A DNA stretch of 64,000 nucleotides from an uncultured delta proteobacterium (GTDB lineage Bacteria; Desulfobacterota; Syntrophobacteria; BM002). How positions within the stretch are numbered: the first letter of the stretch is position 1; each line of letters begins with the position of its first letter. The stretch spans positions 64,001 to 128,000 of the forward strand of contig CAVQGX010000018.1 in assembly GCA_963712115.1 (NCBI GenBank). The letters run 5' to 3'. Of this stretch, positions 11,779-22,118 are shown one piece after another. The position numbers and the translations under genes are program-made. The notes beneath the pieces are model-generated. The model worked only from the letters and a program-made list of their open reading frames with translations. It had not been told where the DNA came from and searched no databases.

Positions 11779-12174
11779 ATGATGAGTGGTAAGAAAATTG
11801 TAATCATTGACGACGATCCGGAGATCTGCGATGCCATGAGCGAGATCCTTTCCGAATATGACTACCAGGTATTTACTGCCTTAGATACAAAATCAGGTTA
11901 CCAACTTCTTTTAGAACAAAGACCAGACCTCCTTATTCTGGATATCATGATGGCAACCATGCACGAGGGCTTGGATTTTGCCACCAAGATGAAGGAAAGG
12001 GAGGGGGTATACGGCATGCCCATAATGATAGTCTCAGCCCGGCCACCGGCAGAAAAAGGCTACGGCCGGACCCTAGAAGAAGACCTTGACTGGATACATG
12101 CAGATATTTTCATGGAGAAACCCATCGAGCCGGAAGAGCTCATCCATAATGTTAAAATCCTCTTAAAGGGCTAA
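11779..12174 (+). CDS. Single-domain response regulator
   Basis: IIDDD, LILDIMM, SA, EKP receiver motifs. Confidence 0.9.
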   Translation: MMSGKKIVIIDDDPEICDAMSEILSEYDYQVFTALDTKSGYQLLLEQRPDLLILDIMMATMHEGLDFATKMKEREGVYGMPIMIVSARPPAEKGYGRTLEEDLDWIHADIFMEKPIEPEELIHNVKILLKG

Positions 12175-12269
12175 GTCTGAAAGGCTGTTATTTTTCAGAC
12201 AGTGGTAGTTTTTAACAGAGAAACATGGGGCTCTCACGGGATCGTGTAGCCAGGAGAGAGCTAGGCACG

Positions 12270-14150
12270 ATGAAAATTTTGCTGATTGATAATAACGTGC
12301 AAACCAGGACAGACCTGGAAGTCGCCGTGAAGAAAGACGGATATGATTTTTTTGCCGCTAGTGAAGGTGGTGAGGGGCTGGAGATTTTTATCCGGGAACT
12401 GCCGGATATAGTCGTCTTGGACATGGGCCTGACTGATATAGATGGCATTGCATTAGTGAAGAAGATAAAAGAGCAAAACCCTGATGTTCAAGTCATTGTC
12501 ACTAGTGAAAGCTTTGAACTGGACCTGGCGATTCAGGCGCTGCAATGTGATGTAACCGATTTAGTCAAGAAGCCAATAAGGAAGGAAGCTCTGGCCGCTG
12601 CCCTTCGGCTCTCAGAAGAGAGGCTCTGGAAGAGCAACAAGCTTAAAGAATATGTTGAGAATCTGGAGGGGTTGATCAAGGATACCACTGAAGAGCTGCA
12701 AAAGAGGCACGAACTCGAACACAACCTTATCCAGACCTCAATGGATGGAATCATAGCCAATGACCGCAGGGGCAACATTATAATTTTCAACGAGGGTGCA
12801 GAACGCATTTACGGCTACACTCGTGAGGAAGCGGTCACCAGCTTACATGTGACCCAGCTCTACTCCGAGGGAGTTGCCAGGAAGATCAAGAAGACGATCT
12901 ATGGGCCCGAGTTCGGTGGTCCCGGAAGATTGATCAACTATGAGACGGAAATTCTCACCAAAAGAGGTGAAACTCGTCCCATCTTGCTTTCAGCAACTCT
13001 GCTTTACGAACAAGGCCGAGAGGTGGCTACTGTGGGCTACTTTAAGGACATGCGTGAAGTAAAACGCCTCGAGCGAGAGCTCGTAACGCGCTATGAGTTT
13101 GAACACAATCTTGTCCAGACCTCAATGGATGGAATCATCGCCAATGACCGCAAGGGTAACATTATAATCTTCAATGAGGGTGCAGAGCGCATTTACGGCT
13201 ACACCTCCGATGAAGCTCTCTCGGGAATGAGTGTTACCAAGCTTTATCCCAAGGGTGAGGCCAGGAGGATCAAGAAACTAACTTATAGCGATGACTACGG
13301 CGGCCCCGGTAGGCTGCTCAACTATGAAGCAAAGGCTCTGACCAAGAAGGGCGAGTTGGTTCCAATCCTACTCTCGGCAACTTTCCTTTATGAGGAGGGG
13401 CAGGAGGTAGCCATGGTTGGCTACTTCAAGGACATGCGCCAGGTCAGGCGGTTAGAGGCTGAGCTTATCGAGAGCGAGCGAATGGCCGGCATGGGCCGTG
13501 CCACAGCGGGCATCGCCCATGGAGTTAAAAACATTCTCCACGGCATGAAACTTGGCGCTTTTATGGTGGACAAGGGGTTGGAAAAAGACAAAGCTGACTT
13601 GCTCCGTAAAGGGTGGAACCTGGTAGGCAAGAATATTAATCGCATCTCTCGGATGACTTTGGATATGCTGAGCTATGCTCGTAGTGGCCCACCGGTACGG
13701 CAAAGGTGTTCTTTAAATGATATTGTCAATGAAGTCTGCGAGTTGATGGAGGAAAAAGCTATAAGGCGACAAATCGAACTGATTTGGGATCTGGACCCAT
13801 CAGTGCCTTTGGTTGAGGTAGATGCGGAGGGTATTCATTCCTGCCTCCTGAACCTGGTGACCAATGCCATTGAGGCCTTTCCAGAAACCAGCAGTGGCGG
13901 CCAGATTACCGTGTCCAGCCGAGACGAAGCAGAGACAGGAGTGATTTTGCAGGTCAAAGACACCGGGCGAGGCATGACCAAAGAATTACAGGAGCAGGTT
14001 TTTGAGCATCTTTACAGCACCAAGGGGGCCAGAGGAACAGGTCTGGGGCTGGCCATCACCCAAAAAATAGTTCGCGAACATGGTGGCACCATTCAACTGG
14101 AGTCCGAGCCCAACAAGGGTTCCTGCTTCACCATTCGCCTGCCGAAGTAA
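12270..14150 (+). CDS. Receiver-PAS-PAS histidine kinase
   Basis: N-terminal REC, two near-duplicated PAS domains (QTSMDGIIAND), H-box IAHGVKN, NLVTNA, DTGRG, GTGLGL. Confidence 0.92.
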   Translation: MKILLIDNNVQTRTDLEVAVKKDGYDFFAASEGGEGLEIFIRELPDIVVLDMGLTDIDGIALVKKIKEQNPDVQVIVTSESFELDLAIQALQCDVTDLVKKPIRKEALAAALRLSEERLWKSNKLKEYVENLEGLIKDTTEELQKRHELEHNLIQTSMDGIIANDRRGNIIIFNEGAERIYGYTREEAVTSLHVTQLYSEGVARKIKKTIYGPEFGGPGRLINYETEILTKRGETRPILLSATLLYEQGREVATVGYFKDMREVKRLERELVTRYEFEHNLVQTSMDGIIANDRKGNIIIFNEGAERIYGYTSDEALSGMSVTKLYPKGEARRIKKLTYSDDYGGPGRLLNYEAKALTKKGELVPILLSATFLYEEGQEVAMVGYFKDMRQVRRLEAELIESERMAGMGRATAGIAHGVKNILHGMKLGAFMVDKGLEKDKADLLRKGWNLVGKNINRISRMTLDMLSYARSGPPVRQRCSLNDIVNEVCELMEEKAIRRQIELIWDLDPSVPLVEVDAEGIHSCLLNLVTNAIEAFPETSSGGQITVSSRDEAETGVILQVKDTGRGMTKELQEQVFEHLYSTKGARGTGLGLAITQKIVREHGGTIQLESEPNKGSCFTIRLPK

Positions 14151-14179
14151 GTAATGTATCATTTCACATCTAACTTTTA

Positions 14180-14313
14180 TCATTTGGTCGTTGAAGTCGT
14201 TCGAATCGTTAAACCCGTTGAAATCGTTCAAATCGTTGAAATCGTCAAACATTTCGAAATCCGCAATCTACAATCCAAAATCTAAAATCTCCCCTATACT
14301 CTATGCCCACTGC
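14180..14313. repeat. Degenerate 9-mer and 7-mer tandem array (representative of many intergenic arrays)
   Basis: GTTGAAGTC-GTTCGAATC-GTTAAACCC-GTTGAAATC... then AATCCGC-AATCTAC-AATCCAA-AATCTAA. Similar arrays at ~15600-15860, 16875-17170, 18465-18680, 21895-21965, 23575-23745, 29160-29280, 31845-32000, 33370-33555, 41935-42115, 46065-46285 and 60705-60780. Confidence 0.85.
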
Positions 14314-14805
14314 TCACTTTTTCTTCGGTATATCAAAGGTCCTACCAATAACCCTTTCCGCTGCCCCTACTTGATCTTCTGCAATGACACACATGGAGGA
14401 TGTAATGGTAGTGGCGATGCTGAAAACTGTTATTCCGGCTTGTTCTAGTGCTCCAAAAAGCAGACCGGACGTGCCAGGACGAATGTCAAAATGAGCTCCC
14501 AAGACTCGAATCACCGCTACGGAGCGCCGCAGTTCCAAAGCCTGAGGCTGCATTCTATTAGTAACCTCCTTTAGTTCGGGCTCCAGGCGGGAGAAATCGT
14601 CGTTGGCAATACAGATGATCAAGTCACGGTTAAAATCGCCGGCGCAGCCTTCGAGGACAAATTTTACTGGAACGTTGTGGCGTTCCAGCAGGTCAAAGAG
14701 CGGCCTAGTTGCCCCTGGGCGAGTAGGGAGACGAAGAAAATTAAGCTGGATCAAATCGCGCAGAATTTTGAGGGGAAAGATTTCTAAGGTCTCGGTGACT
14801 CCCAC
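14314..14805 (-). CDS. Stand-alone ACT-domain protein (aspartokinase C-terminus-like)
   Basis: RPGTSGLLFGALEQAGITVFSIATTITSSMCVI ACT pattern. Confidence 0.7.
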   Translation of the reverse strand: MGVTETLEIFPLKILRDLIQLNFLRLPTRPGATRPLFDLLERHNVPVKFVLEGCAGDFNRDLIICIANDDFSRLEPELKEVTNRMQPQALELRRSVAVIRVLGAHFDIRPGTSGLLFGALEQAGITVFSIATTITSSMCVIAEDQVGAAERVIGRTFDIPKKK

Positions 14806-14867
14806 GGTCGTCCCCCTTCTCGACAGAAGGTTCTTCAGTAAGGCTTTGCAGATGGCTCGCTGGCGGG

Positions 14868-15389
14868 TCAGGGTAACTCAAAGGCATCTCCCAGATAGCC
14901 GACCGCCTTCTCCACATCTTCTGTGTTGAGGACGCATGATATCACCGAACTGGCATTGTTAATAGAAAGTATGTATATGCCATTCATTCTGAGAGTGGTG
15001 AGCAGTCGTTCCGTTATCCTGGGACGTTCCTTATGCGGATAAATAGATATCACCTTCACCCGAGGGTGATACATGAAATCTCTGATCCCAAGTGATTTTT
15101 CATTCGTATCCAGTAAATCCAAGGCCTTATCGAGGAATTCAGCGTCGATGCAGAGGCATAGGGAGGTATTTCCAGCGGAGTCTTTATATTTATTGATAAA
15201 GCGTATATTAATGGAGTGTGTTCCCAGTAACTTTAGTACGGTAGCGGAAGAATCGCTATTTTCTCCCGGCAGAAGTAAGGTGACGGAAGCCAGTTCCGGG
15301 CTCTGGAGAATACCGGTGATTCTTATCCTCTCTGGTTTTGGGGCGCCTATACGGCGCATTATTTCGAGAGTTTTACTTTGCCTATCCAT
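14868..15389 (-). CDS. Stand-alone ACT-domain protein
   Basis: LKLLGTHSINIRFI and LRMNGIYILSINNASSVISCVL tandem ACT pattern. Confidence 0.65.
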   Translation of the reverse strand: MDRQSKTLEIMRRIGAPKPERIRITGILQSPELASVTLLLPGENSDSSATVLKLLGTHSINIRFINKYKDSAGNTSLCLCIDAEFLDKALDLLDTNEKSLGIRDFMYHPRVKVISIYPHKERPRITERLLTTLRMNGIYILSINNASSVISCVLNTEDVEKAVGYLGDAFELP

Positions 15390-15861
15390 GGGTAATTTCC
15401 CTAAGGGAAATTAGAGGAAAAAGGAGACCACCAAACTATCATTGGGTCATTTAACGTTGGTCATTTGAGATTAATCATTTATTATTGAGCTCTTAAAAAT
15501 TGTTTTTGCTTTAAAATGGGAGCAAACCCCATCAGTGAATGATAGATGAAGAAGCGTAAAATGACCAGGAGATTTCGCATCTGTCATTCACCGTCCTCGA
15601 GCAAACGGGCAGAATTCGGAGGTCGGAGATCAGAAGTCGGAAGTCAGAGGACAGAATTTTGGATTGCGGATTTAGGATTGCGGATTGCGAATTTGGGATG
15701 TGAGATGTGGGATACGGGATGTGAGATTTCGGATTGCGAAACCGGGAACCCGCCCCAAGGGTGGGAGTCAGAAGGACAATTTCGAAATGTTTGAGGAGTC
15801 TACGATTTCTTCGGTTTCTACGGTTTCTACGATTTGAACGATTTAAACGACTAGATGACAA

Positions 15862-16872
15862 ATGAGAAATGAAGAAATAATAGACTCCACCTACACCATC
15901 CGCCTTCGGGTAATGACCCTCGCCCTTGTGGTGGGTGGTTTATTGATGGCTGTCAAGTTCGTGGCTTACTTTACCACGGGCTCAGCAGCGATTCTTTCCG
16001 ACGCCCTTGAGTCTATTATAAATGTGGTTGCCAGTGGCTTTGTCCTCTACAGCATCTATTTGAGCCATCAGCCTCCTGATAAAACTCATCCCTATGGCCA
16101 CGGTAAGATTGAATACTTTGCAGTTGGTTTCGAGGGAGCACTCATCATCCTGGCGGCCGGGGCTATCCTCTACAAAGCAATCCCCGCTTTTTTCCAGGTA
16201 AGAATGCTGAGCAAGCTGGACTTCGGTATCTTTCTGGTGCTCGGAACTTCAGCTGTAAATCTTGTAATGGGGTTTTTCCTTATCCGCACCGGGCGCAGGA
16301 CCAGGTCCGCTCCTGTGGAAGCGGACGGCAAACACCTGCTCACCGATGTCTTCACCAGTGTGGGGGTGGTGATCGGCTTGGTTTTAGTTAAGGTGACCGG
16401 CTTGAACTGGTGGGATCCTTTAACCGCCTGTGCAGTTGCAGTCAATATAGTCATTACCGGTTGGCACTTGGTGAAACAGTCTTTTGGTAGACTGATGGAT
16501 GAAGCCGATCCAGAATTACTTGGAAGAATTGTTGAGATTTTAAACCAACATCGACACCCTGACTGGATAGATATTCATCAACTGCGGACTCGGCACTACG
16601 GAAATAAAGTTCACTTAGATTTTCACCTCGTTGTCCCACGAAGTCTTGGCCTTCCTGAAGCACACGTGGAGGCCAAAGAAATCGAGGAGAAAATTCTGAG
16701 CTCTCTAGTGGAAGTGGAGGAAGTCATCGTCCACGTGGATCCGTGCGAGGATCCCCTGTGCGAATGGTGTATGCGAGATAAGTGTCAGGATCGAAGCAAA
16801 GATTCTATTGGTGCAGCCGAGCCCTGGCTGGTGGAAAAAGTGGTGATGAAACGGCAGCATCGGGGGGAATGA
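15862..16872 (+). CDS. Cation diffusion facilitator transporter (FieF-like)
   Basis: SAAILSDALES, PPDKTHPYGHGKIE, HLLTD, VIVHVDP. Confidence 0.93.
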   Translation: MRNEEIIDSTYTIRLRVMTLALVVGGLLMAVKFVAYFTTGSAAILSDALESIINVVASGFVLYSIYLSHQPPDKTHPYGHGKIEYFAVGFEGALIILAAGAILYKAIPAFFQVRMLSKLDFGIFLVLGTSAVNLVMGFFLIRTGRRTRSAPVEADGKHLLTDVFTSVGVVIGLVLVKVTGLNWWDPLTACAVAVNIVITGWHLVKQSFGRLMDEADPELLGRIVEILNQHRHPDWIDIHQLRTRHYGNKVHLDFHLVVPRSLGLPEAHVEAKEIEEKILSSLVEVEEVIVHVDPCEDPLCEWCMRDKCQDRSKDSIGAAEPWLVEKVVMKRQHRGE

Positions 16873-17172
16873 ACTAGGCACTAAACAGCTGGCAGCTTGC
16901 AGCGGGCAGCTGGCAGGCAGAGGACAGAGGTCGAGAGGTCGGAAGTCAGAGGTCAGAGGGCAGAAGACAGAGGCAGTTGTTCAAAGTTTAAAGTTCCAAG
17001 TTCAATGCTAAGAGTGAAGGGTTTCCAACGCTTACGGCTCACTGCTTACCGTTTACTGTTAACGAATTGACTAGTCTACCAATTGACTAATTAACTATTT
17101 CAGCGACTTCAACTATTTGACCAAATCGCCCTGAGCCTTGCGCCCTTTGCCTTAGTGAATGAGAAATGAGAA

Positions 17173-18453
17173 ATGACAACGGCGCGGTTGGTTTATGCAG
17201 ATGAATCGGGTCAAATGTATGACCATCCTTATCTGGAGATGGCTGGATCCAGTGGCGGCAGGTGGAGGGAAGTTGAGGACGATATTCTCATACCCCTGCC
17301 CCCGGGTAGTGATCTCTTTCTGCTCCCAGACAGGATGCCGGTAGGTTACGACCGCAAAGAAAAACGATTCATCAAAATTGAGGAGGATCCCCACAACCCC
17401 CAAAGCAAGGTGCAGGCAGTGGCTGCCTTTATGGCGCCTGCACATACGCAAATACTCACTGCTGCTTACCACAGTGAGCAAAACGCTCCGGTTTTACCAC
17501 TATTTAGCTACACTGCCGTGGGCTGGCAGGAGGGCCAGTTCGTGGTGGCTGGCGTCCGCGTAGACCCTTTGGTGCGCCAAGATATCGACCAGTTTGATCT
17601 TGAAAGGCTCGAAAGGAGGGCCAGAAGGGCTCTTGACCTTCAACGCCAAAACCGGCTCATTCAACACCTTGGTACCTGTGCACTTACCTACGGATGCCCG
17701 GCAGCGAGGAATTACTTTTTAGGGCGTTGGGAGGCGCCACTTCCCACCTCCCCCCAGTGTAATTCTTCCTGCCTCGGTTGTATCAGTCTGCAAGAGAGCG
17801 ACTACATATGTGCCTCGCAGGAGCGTATTACCTTTGTCCCCACCCCTGAAGAGATAGCCGAGGTTGCGGTGAGTCATCTGCAGGAGGCTGAAGATCCATT
17901 GGTGAGCTTCGGCCAGGGATGCGAGGGTGAGCCTCTCCTGCAAGGTAAAACTTTGAAGGAAGCGATTAAGCTCATCCGAAGTCAGATTGGGGCCGGCACC
18001 ATTAATCTGAATACCAACGGCAGCCTGCCGCAAACCATTGCTGAACTTCGGGATAACGGTCTAGACAGTATTCGAGTAAGTTTGAACAGTGCCAGGGAAG
18101 TATATTACCAGGCCTATTACAGACCCCGGGGGTACAGTTATTCTGATGTCACAGGTGCCATCCGAGCCATGAAGAGTAGAGACGGCTTTGTATCCATCAA
18201 CCTTTTAACCCTGCCTGGCCTTACCGACGAGGAAGGGGAAGTGGAGGCTATAATTCGACTGATCGATGGAACAGGCATCGACCTGATTCAGATGCGGAAT
18301 CTCAATATTGACCCTGAATGGTATCTGCGGGGAATTGGTTATCGCTCTAGTGGCCGGAGCATTGGTATCCTTGAAATGATGAAGAGGATTCGCCTATCTC
18401 ACCCCCAAGTGAATTTCGGCTATTTCAACCCCTGTCTTAATCCAGGCAAGTAG
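17173..18453 (+). CDS. Radical SAM protein of unknown function
   Basis: CNSSCLGC (CxxxCxxC), SFGQGCEGEP, LNTNGS. Confidence 0.9.
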   Translation: MTTARLVYADESGQMYDHPYLEMAGSSGGRWREVEDDILIPLPPGSDLFLLPDRMPVGYDRKEKRFIKIEEDPHNPQSKVQAVAAFMAPAHTQILTAAYHSEQNAPVLPLFSYTAVGWQEGQFVVAGVRVDPLVRQDIDQFDLERLERRARRALDLQRQNRLIQHLGTCALTYGCPAARNYFLGRWEAPLPTSPQCNSSCLGCISLQESDYICASQERITFVPTPEEIAEVAVSHLQEAEDPLVSFGQGCEGEPLLQGKTLKEAIKLIRSQIGAGTINLNTNGSLPQTIAELRDNGLDSIRVSLNSAREVYYQAYYRPRGYSYSDVTGAIRAMKSRDGFVSINLLTLPGLTDEEGEVEAIIRLIDGTGIDLIQMRNLNIDPEWYLRGIGYRSSGRSIGILEMMKRIRLSHPQVNFGYFNPCLNPGK

Positions 18454-18682
18454 AGATCCACTTGTGGATTGTAGATTTCAGATTGTAGATTTGGTAAGGC
18501 ATAGAGCATAGAGCACGGGGCATAGAGTAAGGAGCCAGGAGTCAGAATCCAGAATTCAGGAGAAAAGCAATCAAAATTAAGTTCCTCTCAACTACTTGCC
18601 ACTGACTACTGGCTACCTCTTTATGGTGCCTAGTGTTTAGTGCTTAGTGCCTAGTGGTTTCTATGCAATCTGCAATCTTAAA

Positions 18683-19450
18683 TCACCTTTTGGAGTCGTT
18701 CAGATAAGACGGTAGATACTCCAGATTGACATTATGCATGGCAGATAGAATGTTTCCGCGGATTTTCCGGTTTTTTCGATAGAGGCTCTGAAGGATCTCC
18801 CTGATTTCCTGGCGTTTGCCGGTGTTCTTCGAAGGACAGGGATTCACTGTTACGGGAAAGCCCAGGCTTTGGTGAAATCGACGGATTGTTGCTGAATCCA
18901 GAAGAGATAAGGGCCGGATAACTGTTATATCACCGCCGAAAAAAGGCTGCCGAGGCAGCATGGTAGATAGCTGGGAGCCATAGAAAATATTTATAAAGAA
19001 AGTCTCAATGAGATCGTCGAGATTGTGACCGAAGGCGATTTTATTGCAGTTCAGTCTGCCGGCCTCTTTGAAAAGTGCGGTGCGGCGGAGCCGAGAACAT
19101 AGGAAACAGGGATTCTCACTGTTTTCTTCGCTGTGGGCTCTGGGGCCAAACTCACTATCAACTATCCGGTGAGAGACACTTAAAGATTCTACCCATTCCT
19201 GCACGGAAGAGTAGTCTTCACCCTCAAAACCCAATTCCACGTGGACCGCAAAGAGCTCGTAGGCAATGGGAATTCGATTCAGTCGATTGTGCAGGAGCCA
19301 CAAGAGAGATGTGCTGTCCACGCCGCCACTTAAGGCCACAAGAATGCGGTCCTCAGCCTCTATTAGGCTGTAGCGTTCAATAGCCTTGCCAACAAGCCGG
19401 CGAACCTTTTTTTCAACGAAGGGAGGTTTAGAACCTGAGTGCTGGGACAT
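18683..19450 (-). CDS. ttcA: tRNA 2-thiocytidine biosynthesis TtcA-family protein
   Basis: PP-loop SGGVDS, CFLCSRLRR, GHNLDD, VIRPL, NPCP. Confidence 0.85.
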   Translation of the reverse strand: MSQHSGSKPPFVEKKVRRLVGKAIERYSLIEAEDRILVALSGGVDSTSLLWLLHNRLNRIPIAYELFAVHVELGFEGEDYSSVQEWVESLSVSHRIVDSEFGPRAHSEENSENPCFLCSRLRRTALFKEAGRLNCNKIAFGHNLDDLIETFFINIFYGSQLSTMLPRQPFFGGDITVIRPLSLLDSATIRRFHQSLGFPVTVNPCPSKNTGKRQEIREILQSLYRKNRKIRGNILSAMHNVNLEYLPSYLNDSKR

Positions 19451-19574
19451 GACTTACAGAACCTCTTCACTCCACTATTCTATCGCTCCATTTGCTGAGC
19501 GAAAAGGAGCTAAGTTCAGGATCGATAATTATTTCATAAGATGGATTGTCAGGCAAACATTTAAGCTTAAGCAG

Positions 19575-19608
19575 CTAGCCCGGATTATTCATGAATTATC
19601 CGGGCTAG
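19575..19608. repeat. Collapsed MITE copy (TIRs only)
   Basis: CTAGCCCGGATTATTCATGAATTATCCGGGCTAG palindrome with the same ends as 20501-20697. Confidence 0.75.
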
Positions 19609-19623
19609 AAGGAGGGTGAGTAC

Positions 19624-20001
19624 ATGAGGGAAATAATTGCCACAGAAAAGGCACCAAAGGCTGTTGGTCCATACTCGCAGGCAGTACGGTTCGCTAATCT
19701 GGTATTTGTCTCCGGACAGATTCCTTTGGATCCTAGGAGCGGCGAAATTGTGGGAGGAGACATAGAGGTTCAGGCCAAGCAGGTTCTTGAAAATCTGAAG
19801 GCCATAGTTGAAGCCAGTGGAATGGGGTTAGAAAACGTATTGAAATGTACCTGCTTTCTGAAAAACATGGAGCATTTCGCCAGATTCAATTCAGTTTATA
19901 ATACCTACTTTGCGAATGTTCTTCCAGCGAGGGAAACTGTAGAAGTCTCTCGGCTCCCGAAGGATGTCTTGGTCGAAATCTCGGCAATTTGTGGGAAATA
20001 G
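19624..20001 (+). CDS. ridA: RidA-family enamine deaminase
   Basis: APKAVGPYSQA, SGQIP, PARETVEV..LPK..LVEI. Confidence 0.93.
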   Translation: MREIIATEKAPKAVGPYSQAVRFANLVFVSGQIPLDPRSGEIVGGDIEVQAKQVLENLKAIVEASGMGLENVLKCTCFLKNMEHFARFNSVYNTYFANVLPARETVEVSRLPKDVLVEISAICGK

Positions 20002-20250
20002 TTAGATCTGGCGGAAGATACGGTGGGCTGAGCGCTAAGCGTTGGGTGCAATTTTGGCGAGATGGCGAGAGTGGTAAAACAACATCTATTGTCCAGAATA
20101 TTCAGCTACTGTCTTTCGTCTCGCCCTGAACCTAAGCCCTGACACCTCACGTCTCGCCATATAGCTATTTGAAAACAAAAAAACGGTGACAGCTTCATAA
20201 ACGTCACCGCTTCAGAATAATACGCAGCAAGAACTGATCAAAAACGATTC

Positions 20251-20412
20251 TCAGGTCTGCTTTTCAAAATCATCTTTGCCAGCACCGCAGATGGGGCAAG
20301 TCCAGTCCTCAGGAAGATCTTCAAACGAGGTTCCAGCGGGAATACCCCCTTCGTCGTCACCTACCGCCGGATCATACACATAACCGCAAACTTGGCAGAC
20401 CCACTTGTCCAT
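20251..20412 (-). CDS. Rubredoxin (below the ORF-track length cutoff)
   Basis: Manual translation [53 protein letters not shown]; SD AGGAGGAGG. Confidence 0.97.
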   Translation of the reverse strand: MDKWVCQVCGYVYDPAVGDDEGGIPAGTSFEDLPEDWTCPICGAGKDDFEKQT

Positions 20413-20500
20413 AACCTCCTCCTTTTCCGCCTAATCTTGAGGCTCATCACCCCGGGTAATACATTGCAGAACTACTAATTAAATCACCGAGTGTTACAAT

Positions 20501-20697
20501 CTAGCCAGGATGTTTCATGAATCGCTTACTGCGACCACGGATATGGCCATCCTTCCGTGCGTCCTCGTGTGTTGGGCCCTGCGACGTACCATTTAGGTAC
20601 GCCTCGGGACCAATCCCGCGGTACCGCGGGACGGTTGCCCGGTGGCACGCCCATCTTCGTGGTCTTGTGACACCAATTCATAAAACATCCAGGCTAG
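20501..20697 (+). mobile_element. MITE, ~195 bp
   Basis: TIR CC(A)GGATGTTTCATGAAT...ATTCATAAAACATCC(A)GG flanked by CTAG; homologous copy in opposite orientation at 41105-41297. Confidence 0.8.
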
Positions 20698-20834
20698 GAC
20701 ACTTTACAATTTTTATCTATGATTCGCAACCACCATTTCCCATTTCAAATTTATCATTTATCATTTATTCATTTGGCATGATTAGTTAAAAAGTTGTTAG
20801 GATCCGTCGTTGAATAATAAATGACAAATGCTAG

Positions 20835-21896
20835 ATGATAAATGTAAGGGTAATGGGTAGGCAAGAGTCCATAGTAATAGACGGTGGTTACGGTGAAGGT
20901 GGTGGCCAGATCCTCCGCACCTCTTTGTCTTTGGCCATAATTACAGGGAAGCCTCTCAAGCTGGTGAACATCCGGGGGGGACGCAAGAAGCCAGGTTTGC
21001 GACCTCAACATCTTACAGCGGTTCGGGCTTGCGCATCTTTATGCGGGGCTAAACTTGATGGTGCTAAGTTGGATGCAACAAAACTCACTTTTGCCCCCGG
21101 AATCATTGTCCCAGGCTCCTATGAATTTCATATAGGTACAGCCGGCGCCGCTACCTTGGTGTTGCAAACTATTTTACCACCCCTCTCCATGGCAAACGGC
21201 GAGTCTAGCCTTCTGATAAGTGGTGGGACCCATGTCCCTTGGAGCCCGCCATATCATCATGTAGCGCAGGTACTTATTCCTACCCTAAACCAGCTTGGCT
21301 TCAAGTGCGAAACTCTCCTCAATCGTTGGGGTTGGTATCCAAAGGGAGGAGGGGTAATCCAGGCCAGGGTCAAACCTCACAGCCCTCTAGGGTCGTTCAA
21401 CTTAGATCAACCATTCGAATTGAGACGCATCAGTGGTATTTCAGCCAGCAGCGGGTTACCAGAACACATAAGAGTCCGACAAAAGAATCAGGTGGAGACT
21501 CGTCTGCAGAACGCTGGTATCCAAGGTGAAATCGAATTAATGGATGTACATGCTAGGAATCCGGGGACGCTGGTATTTCTCTGTGTTCACGGAAAGGATT
21601 CTTTAGCGGGTTTTTCTTCTCTGGGAGCTCGTGGCAAACGAGCTGAACTGGTGGCGGACGAGGCCGCTGATGATTTTTTTCATTTCCTGGAGTCAAGAGC
21701 TGCACTTGACCGTCACCTAGCCGACCAGCTTCTAATCTACCTGGCTAGTGCGCCAGGAAAGCAACGATTCACTACATCCAAGGTTACCCAGCATTTGCTA
21801 ACCAACGCTTGGGTCATAGAGAAGTTTCTGCCCGTTAAGTTTGAGATAGAGGGCGGACTTGGTGAACCTGGCACAGTGATCAAGAGAGACGTTTAG
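20835..21896 (+). CDS. rtcA: RNA 3'-terminal phosphate cyclase
   Basis: IDGGYGEGGGQILRT, KPGLRPQHL, GGTHVPWSP, GWYPKGGG, DRHLADQL. Confidence 0.96.
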   Translation: MINVRVMGRQESIVIDGGYGEGGGQILRTSLSLAIITGKPLKLVNIRGGRKKPGLRPQHLTAVRACASLCGAKLDGAKLDATKLTFAPGIIVPGSYEFHIGTAGAATLVLQTILPPLSMANGESSLLISGGTHVPWSPPYHHVAQVLIPTLNQLGFKCETLLNRWGWYPKGGGVIQARVKPHSPLGSFNLDQPFELRRISGISASSGLPEHIRVRQKNQVETRLQNAGIQGEIELMDVHARNPGTLVFLCVHGKDSLAGFSSLGARGKRAELVADEAADDFFHFLESRAALDRHLADQLLIYLASAPGKQRFTTSKVTQHLLTNAWVIEKFLPVKFEIEGGLGEPGTVIKRDV

Positions 21897-22118
21897 CAGA
21901 GGGCATAGAGCATGGAGTCTTGAATATTTATCTTACCCTATGCTCTATGCCCCATGCGCCATGCTGAAAAAATGAACAATGACTGGTGGCAAATTTTGTG
22001 TTAGTCTGATGCGAATTCCCGCGACAATTGCTTACCTTCATTTCCAACACCAAACTCGGTATTCGCTTTCCTCAATAGTGGGAAGTTTACACGTGCCCCA
22101 TTTGGGCGTGGAGGTGAC

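Noticed and set aside
12700-13450. Long internal DNA direct repeat in the kinase gene
   Set aside because: Explained by an ordinary tandem PAS-domain duplication.
15532-15861. Short ORFs with RNRR/SQI-type repeats (also 13986-14252, 31801-32070, 41926-42126, 46052-46264)
   Set aside because: Translations of intergenic heptamer/nonamer arrays, not credible genes.
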